From NCBI GenBank assembly GCA_002189035.1, contig NEEC01000017.1:992001-1056000 (forward strand): a DNA stretch of 64,000 nucleotides, written 5' to 3'. Positions 56,310 through 64,000 of this stretch are shown piece by piece; position 1 is the stretch's first letter, and every line of letters begins with the position of its first letter. Source of the DNA: Utricularia gibba. Lineage: Eukaryota > Plantae > Magnoliophyta. The notes beneath the pieces were generated by a model, which saw only the letters and a list, made by a program, of their open reading frames with translations, was not told where the DNA came from and ran no database searches. The position numbers were made by a program, and so were the translations under genes.

Positions 56310-57045
56310 ATGGACTTCCAGACGAGCTCGACTTTCATTCCACTGTTCTTTGCAGGATTTCTCCTCGTCTACCTCATCGCCTATTTCTTTCTACTCCGGC
56401 GTTGGCCGGCGAAACTCCTCCCCGAAGCGTCGAGCTGCGTAATATCTCTTATCCACGGCACGCCTGCGGCTGCTTTAGCCTGCTTCTCCATTTTTTACGA
56501 TCCCGAGCGGAGTTTCAACTCCGCCAATACGCAATTCCAAAACCTAGTTCTCGATTACAGCTGTGCCTATTTCCTGATGGATCTACTCCACTACGTTGTG
56601 TTCCATCCCAGAACTTCCTCTTCATCGTCCACCATTTTGCCACGCTCTTCGTCTTCTTGACCTGTCGCTTCATCGTCTACCACGGCGCCTTCGCGCTTCT
56701 CGTCCTTCTGGTTTTGGCGGAAGTGACGAGCCTCTTGCAGAATACATGGACTCTATCAGGAATGAGGCAATCAGATGTGAAACTGGCCGCTAAACTTTAC
56801 GGTTTCATGTGCCCGGTGTTCTACAGTTGTACACCGTGGTCAGAGGGGTCATGGGTCCCTACTTTGTTTACCAAATGTGTAAGTTTTACATCAGTGGAGC
56901 TGCGGATGAAGCTGTACCAAAATGGGCATGGATTTCCTGGCTTGTTGTTGTGGTTATGGCGATTTCTGTTAGTATTTTATGGATCTCCAATCTCTGGGCA
57001 CAGTTTTTTACAGAGATGAAGGGAGATCAAAAGAAAGAAAGATGA
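56310..57045 (+). CDS. Intronless TLC (TRAM/LAG1/CLN8) domain protein; two apparent -1 frameshifts
   Basis: EASSCVISLIHGTPA; LDYSCAYFLMDLLHY; FIVHHFATLFVFLTCR; LAEVTSLLQNTW; YTVVRGVMGP; WISWLVVV, spread across three successive frames. Confidence 0.85.
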
Positions 57046-57339
57046 ACGGTGACTGTAAAGTTGAGTTTGAGGTGTCTGTTTGAACCTCCAATGGTGTTTC
57101 ATTACATTCATAAGCTCGTTAGTGCATTTCCTTAGCCCATTCTTGTCTGCTTGATTATAACTTGGATTCATTTATGAGAATGATAAGCATTTTCCATTGT
57201 AGTAGTATGATAAAGTTGAGATCTTGCAATAAGACAACCATTATGCGCTTATTCACACGCAGACAGGATCCAGACTGGTAAAAAGGTTTACTTACTTCTT
57301 CATGTTGTTGTGTCTGAAACTTGAGGGTTTCCCCTTTTC

Positions 57340-59424
57340 TCAGGAGTAGAATTTGTAGGTCTTGGCGCTGAGGATGATTTGCCGTAGGCCTCCGATGGGT
57401 GCTATGATCGTGAGCAACACCCCGACTATAATGCAAATCTGGAGAAGTAGAAGAGTAGCAATAAGCTTTTGGAAACATTGGACTCTAGGCAATGGAAGGG
57501 TGTCTCTGAGTTCTGCTTACCCAGTTTGCAATCCAAGAGAGGCTGAATTTCCTTGGCTTGTATATTGTCAGCCACATGATGCAAGGAAGCTGCAAGAAAT
57601 TCGGCACGTGGGGTGAGTCATTGATTCGCAAGCTATGGGAATGAGTCTTGAGGAGATATGCTTACATAGTATGTGGTTGGAGCGAAAGCAAAGCCGCCGA
57701 AGAACCCGAGAAGGCCTCCAAAGAAAGGGAAGCTTATGCCGACGAACATGGTGAATGCTGAACATAAAACCGGAGGTAAGAAACTTGCTGACTGCAGTTG
57801 CAGATGTTATGAATGCAGCCAACCTACCGACGTATATGTTTCTGGTGATAAAGCGAAGATACCAAGTTGGCTTGAACCTCAGCTTCTTCACAAGGAGAGT
57901 TTCAATCATGTCGAAAACCGGCATTGCGTATATCTGTATACTGAAGAGGGTTCATATTTCGATTCTCATGAAGAATGGAGACGAGAGTAAAGGAGGTTTA
58001 CCTGGTAGCTCCCAATGACGTGAACCACAACAAACAAGTTTGCCATGGCGATGAGCCAAACCGGCCTCTCTAAGGATATGAGAATGTTGTCTTCGACTTC
58101 GTTGCCAAACATCCAGTAGCCAATGAAGGCCACTGGGAAGTAGCAGAGGGCTACCACAATATAAGCAACGACAACCCCTCGCCACATAGCGATCTTTGAA
58201 GGCTTCTCAGGTGTGGAGGGAATTGTTGCTTGAATTTCCAGAACAACATTGTGGCCAGCGTATGCGAATGCAACATCTCCCAAGGCACTGAAGAAGTTGA
58301 AAACAGTCCCAGCTGTGGTTGTAGTGGTATAATCATAGCTTACATTTGGTTGCACTCCCTTGTGTGCCGAGGCCGCCCAAGCAATTGTGGAGTAACTTCA
58401 CAGAAGAAAATGACAGTTTTGTCTAGAATATCAGCATGCTTAAGGACAAAGGATGACAAAAAGGGATAGGTCAACGGTTCGAATCAGCTTCAAAAAGAAA
58501 GGTAGCATATGTGGCATGACTGTTGTTGGCTAAAATTTTGGGTAAAAGAGAGGCATACCTCAAGGACATGACTGCTGCAGCCAAGGAGACACCAGTGATT
58601 GAGTTGAAGTTGGGAAGATGAGAGAGCACAAAGTGTACAGATGCGAAGATCATGATGAAGTATGTAAGCTTGATTTCTTTACAGTTCTGACAAACCAGAT
58701 CATGGAATTTCTTAAGTGACCTCCCTCCTGTCACCATATACACAATGTCTACTCCAATTTCAACAATCAGCTGCTGGGGCACAACTATGTAGAGGCCAAG
58801 CTTCTCCCCGAAAGCATGTTGCCCCAGTTCATGATATCGATCGAATCGCTTCCCCGGAACCATTTCGTGCATCTCGACCATTTGCCACAGAGTGTACAGA
58901 GTGATGATCCATGATAGAATCATCACCGTCACTCCAGGTCCCCTGTAAAGTCGTAATAGTTAGTCCAAGCGATTGGAAGCCGGTTCCCAAGATTGTAGGG
59001 ATAGTTCTAGTTACCATCCAAGTTCAGCCATGGCGTAAGGGAGACTCAGCACTCCCGCTCCAACCATAGCGGTTACGTTGTGAAACGCTGAGTACCACCA
59101 TTTTGCGTTTCTGGCGGAGGTTATCGGAAGCCAATCGTCGATTGCTTTCTCCTCCGCAGTTCGGTTATCTACCACGTCTTCCTGCGGACATCAACGCACA
59201 GCTGTGAATATTATTTGAAAACTGACACGAGCAGTTATTACCAGATCCAGATCCGAGCTCCAGAAAACCAAAAAAAAAAAAAAATTCACAGTCGAGTGAA
59301 CCGCGGTGCCGAGTATGTTCAAGGTGCAGCCGCCGCCGGTGGTCACCGCCGCGGCAAATTCGAATCGGAGCAAACAGAAGGAAGAAAATGAGTGAGTGTG
59401 GCTTACGCTGTTCTTGACGCCCAT
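57340..59424 (-). CDS. LHT1: Lysine/histidine transporter (AAAP family), multi-exon
   Basis: [35 protein letters not shown]; [17 protein letters not shown]; [25 protein letters not shown]; [12 protein letters not shown]; [11 protein letters not shown]1 versus LHT2 not resolved. Confidence 0.92.
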
Positions 59425-59939
59425 GGCGGTAAGCGGTACCAACAAGGTGGTGGAGCAGGCTATGGAGACGAGATTCGGAGTTGAGTGCTGTTCGCTTTCC
59501 TCGTTCTTCTTCTCCGTTGACTTGGGGCCATCAATTCCCTCAAATCCTCCCCATTCCTTGAGCACAAGGGGGAGTATCGGAAGTGTGATTTGGGGCTACT
59601 TACAGTTATTTGTAATGGGGCGGCAAATTTAGAATTTATTTAATAATAATAAAATGCCAAATAAATCAAAAAGGTAGAAGGAAGATCTATCCGTACAGAA
59701 ATTTGGCAAGGATCATATATAAAGACGCACCTTGACCCCCCGCCCTTGGTCATGGGAACCCTCAAAAGTGGCGTATCTTTTTTCGATGGGCAAAAGCGTC
59801 ATTTCGCAACAACAATTAAACCTCAATATTCTGTTGTAAGGTCAAATAAACCTCCGATTTGGATACCATTAGATGTTACCGTGTGTCACATATCATTCAA
59901 TGACACATTAGGAAAACCATTTATTACTTCCCTGCTAGT

Positions 59940-60315
59940 AGATGTGTTTCAAATTATGTATAATAAAATCAATTTTAAAATTATAAAACTATTTGAATGA
60001 TAATATAATAATTTAATATATATTTTTAAAATAAATAATAAATAATATAATTTTTAATTACATTATTATTTAATTATTAAAAAATAAATTAAAAAATACA
60101 ATAATTTCTGAAATGAATCATAAAATCTAAAACATTATTTTCGAAAATTTTTGAAATGTATTTTTTTAACATTATTTTTAAAAAATATAAATAAAAAGTA
60201 AAAATAATAAATTAAGTACTCTATTTTTTGAAACATTAATAGAATTATTTTTAAAATTAAAATTATTTTTATTTTTAAAAAGTATAAATAAATTTTAAAA
60301 ATTTTGAAACACTCC
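59940..60315. mobile_element. Possible Tourist-like MITE
   Basis: AGATGTGTTTCAAA ... TTTGAAACACTCCT|TAA termini resemble the other MITEs; the left TSD is not clear. Confidence 0.35.
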
Positions 60316-60867
60316 TTAAATTTTTTTATTTCATTATAATTAAAGATTCAATTTGAAGAATTATTAACATGTGACATAGTCATTTAGAAAATTGATCATT
60401 CATGTAATCTCTTTTATACACTAAATTAAAAAATATATATTATGAATGATTAATTTTCTCATACAATATGTAACACAAGGCAAGATTTCTAATTAATACC
60501 ACATGACATGTCCTGATTTTAATATATTTTTGGGGAGTGACAGCTAAGTCATGGTCCAAATCACCCAGTTGCGTTCCATTTTCCATCCTTCATTGATTGC
60601 AAAGGCATTGGAGTCTGCCATTAGGCATAGCCACGTTTACTAATTAATTACCCTAACAACTACCCCAATTAGTAAACCCTAATTCCCTCGTGTGTGTGTG
60701 TGTGGATTGGGATTGTGCTGCAATTCACTAAAAGTTACGTTGTCATTCCGACATTGGTTGATACAAAAACTCAAACACGATTCTTAAAATGTCAAATGCA
60801 GTTGGATTACCAATCCAAATACCCCTAATCCCTATGCATGACGTAACTTGAGGATTTGAATCTCTAA

Positions 60868-61088
60868 AGCAGTGTTTTAGAAAAAAATTTAAATCTGTTT
60901 TTATTTTTTAAAAATAATTTTAAAAAGTAGAAGTAAAAAATAAAAGTAATCAATTTCTTATTTTTTTAAAAATAACTTTTAAATTATTTTTCATATAATT
61001 ATTTTTACAATTGAAAGTATTCTAGAACAAAACTATTTTTATTTTTTAAAAGTAGAAATATGTTTTAAAAATTTTCCAGAACACTCCT
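60868..61088. mobile_element. Tourist/PIF-like MITE (221 bp)
   Basis: TIRs AGCAGTGTTTTAGAAAA and (reverse complement) AGGAGTGTTCTGGAAAA; TAA TSD at 60865-60867 and 61089-61091. Confidence 0.75.
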
Positions 61089-62541
61089 TAAATTAACGTT
61101 TGAAAATTGTTGTAATTAATTATATTTTCATTCCGTATTTTAAGCATGTATTAAATTTTATTTTATGAAAATTAATTTAGTTGTATGACAGGGTATATTT
61201 TCTATTAAATTAATTTTAAATGATTGATTCTAAAAATGAAATTAAATTTATATATTTTGATAAATATGTTTAAATTAAAATAATAATTTAAAAATCATAT
61301 AACATTTTTATAATATATACGATACATAAAAAATATGTTTAAATTATAAATTTATAAAATGTAATTATTAATAAATATGTTATTTATTTGTTAAAATCAA
61401 TTCTCATTTTTTATACTACAAACATGAATTTATTAAATAATAATCATTTTAAAAAAATTTCAAACGCATATCAATTCTTATTAATACACAAAAATAGTAT
61501 GAAATCTCAATCAATTGAGCAAGAAACAAAACAGCAAAAATGAGGGTTTGGGATAAAATAGAGTAGCTGAATAAAAATAATTTAATGCAATAAAAAAATA
61601 ACAACACAAGTTGTGAACATCAGTTTTATAGACACAAAAGGTATTATACTTTACACGAAAATATGATTTACTGGCCAATAGATCTCAACCGCATAACAAA
61701 ACCCACGAAACCAAAGCTGATCGAGTTGCTCTATTCCAAGTGTTGTGGAGAATTTATTCATTGACATTATTCTGAGTTTCCAACGTCATATTTCAATTTA
61801 GCAGCAGCTCATTAAATTCGAGCAACTTCCGGCCTAATTTGTACAGCGGGTATCCTTGAAATGCTATGCAAACCATTCAACTCGGTCAAGTCAACTGGGA
61901 GAACTCTCAGTATTAACACTTATTCTATCATAATTTTCAATTATGCTAAAATCAATTGTAGAGTTGTTTTTCCAAACATAGCTTAAGTTTAATACCCAAA
62001 AGGATTCTCTCAAAATTCTTATGATTATCTTACACAATTTCGTATTTAGTAAGTGATTCTTGATGAAATGATTTAATTAATATTTTTAAATTACATATTT
62101 TTAGATAAACACTAATTATAATTGAAAATGTGTTCCATAAATACAATTAAAAAAATTAGAAATTATGTGTGTGTTGAAAAATACGTATTTCTAGAGATGC
62201 AAACAAAGTACCAAATGATACCTACTTTAGACCCCATAATAACAACAAAATTTGGGAAATTATACCTTCTAAAATTAGCTACATGCTGAACCCTAATTAG
62301 GGCACAGGATCGGTGGGAGATTGACACAAATCAAATAAAAAAAAATTAATATATATAAACAAAGTTATTAATTATTAATAATTCCATTTGTACGGCCCAC
62401 AAACCACTCTGTGTGGAACAAGGCCTGGCCCACTTGCAGTGTAGTCTTTTTGATTGAAAGAACGCCACCAGAGGTGGAGTTATCACTGTCCAAGTGTTTA
62501 GCACGACACATCGTCCATGGGCGAAGCTTAAAGAAACCTTA

Positions 62542-64000
62542 TCACATTTTCAACCACTTGGGCTTGATCTTCTTCTTGTCGACGGGCTTCTGCTCCGGAA
62601 CTACTGCAACTGTCGTTTGTGTCGACGCGCTCGGACTAGATGCAGTCTGTGGCTCGGTTTCCTCTGGGTGAAGGAAAGCTTCCAAGCCTTTCAAAGCCAT
62701 GAGATCCTCCTGAAGAAAGGGATCAGTTACTGGGGCTCCATCAGCACCTGAAATGGGTAGCGAATTCATGATGCAACGGTGGCTGAGGAAGTTCGAGAAG
62801 ATACAGTGAGGTATCATGATTACCATCCTTTGGAATATCGTATGTGAAATAGACGATTGCACCAGGTACAAATCCGGAAGAGTAGAAGTCCTGGGAAAGA
62901 TCCTTTATTTTCTTCTTGGGAGGAGTGGTATCTGAAAATACAAGAGAATCGGGATCCATGTTTAACTTCAAGCGCGGGAATATGAGAGTTGCTATTAGGG
63001 AGTACTCACAGATGTAGAAAGGCAGCTCTGGGTGCAGAATTGCTTTCTTGAGGAGTTCGACTAGACTATTGATCGTCTCAGATGGGTGAAATGAGGCTTC
63101 TAGTGTATGATGATCAGGAAAACGAACTCTGATTGTTGCCTGTTGCAAGGGGATGAGGCAGTTAAGTAACAGATTATCATATTGTGAAATAGGTAACATG
63201 AAAAGAAAGCAGATAAAATAGCTACCTTGGTCATCCGTGCTCTGCGAGCAGCCTCCTCGGCATCCCGGATCTTTTTTGTCTTCAAATGCTTCTCTATAAA
63301 TACTCCACAAGTTAGCACAAGCAATGCAACAACCCCTAGTTCTCTATCATGAAAGATTCAGATCCAGGTAGCATTTGGTAATCCATTTTCAGCAGCAACC
63401 AACACACACACACACGAACGCAGGCATTCTGCCCTTCCATGTCATCAAAGAGAATGACAGTACTCGTTACGGGAAAAAAGCAACTATTCAATACCTTCCT
63501 TCTTAGAAGCCATGAGGCGATAGTAATCTTCAGCTGTGAACTCATAAAAAGCATCCGCTTCCTCTGTAATCAAGTTACAGTTTCAAATTCAATCAATCGA
63601 GAACACTAGAAGCTCCAAGATGAAGTGAAACCAACTTAGCACCCCTAAAAAATACCCATATCCACATCCGCGGAATCGGCGGATGAAGCTGAAGCAGTAG
63701 AAGTTTCAAAAACTCGAATTGCTCGTCCGTACTTGTCTTTTATAGCAGCAATCATTTCCTACCTCCGAAAACAAAAACAACTCAACTTAAATCGAAGCTA
63801 ATCAGACGGAATAAAACACATTCCATGAATGATTCCAATGATGGAGCAATCTCAAATTTCACCAAAAAACTCAAAATCCGTCCAGAGAAAAACAATAAAG
63901 AGTCGATACTTATCTCCAGAGATTCTACCTTTTCCGATTCGCACTCCATTGAAGAAACAGGAACAAATCTAGCGCGCTTCCTATCCGGTGAAGAAGAATC
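62542..64000 (-). CDS. PUX1: Plant UBX-domain protein 1 (CDC48 regulator); 5' end runs off the window
   Basis: IRVFETS; FYEFTAEDYYRL; LKTKKIRDAEEAARR; IRVRFPDHHTLEASFHPSE; TTPPKKKIKDLSQDFYSSGFVPGAIVYF; KPKWLKM. Confidence 0.92.

Noticed and set aside
58476-58485. GGTTCGAATC tRNA T-loop-like motif
   Set aside because: No T-stem pairing, A-box or cloverleaf; it lies in an LHT intron.

Overview
Plant (eudicot) nuclear DNA in two parts. (1) About 1-21.4 kb is TE-derived. An AT-rich stretch with a probable MuDR/MULE relic is followed by a complete but decayed 17.4-kb Ty1/copia element (3362-20801, minus strand, TSD CGCGA). An Athila-type Ty3/gypsy element (6917-19160) is inserted in the copia protease gene, and a solo LTR of another family (17276-18446, TSD ATGAC) sits inside the gypsy 5' LTR. 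(2) About 21.5-64 kb is very gene-dense (17 genes in ~42.5 kb, short introns): MDAR4, RH14/46-type DEAD-box helicase, TMEM18, FLOE2/3-like DUF1421 protein, 3-isopropylmalate dehydrogenase, a small plant-specific protein, two DUF3339 peptides, TOM20, a PLS-E PPR, a Kelch protein, cytochrome c1, a compact CLASSY3/4-like SNF2, a GTE8-like BET protein, a TLC protein, LHT1 and PUX1 (cut by the window edge). Most notable: the inner (necessarily later-inserted) gypsy has more divergent LTRs (~12%) than its host copia (~5%, including a 147-bp identical block); the helicase has a duplicated splice donor and a candidate poison exon; a GC-rich foldable island lies behind the IPMDH stop; and six single-base deletions, mostly in homopolymers, break otherwise intact genes and are probably assembly errors. 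No CRISPR, rRNA or tRNA genes were seen. I found no clearly new biological system; the best candidates are hypotheses. All counts and alignments were done by eye. Family and gene identities come from recalled motifs, not database searches.
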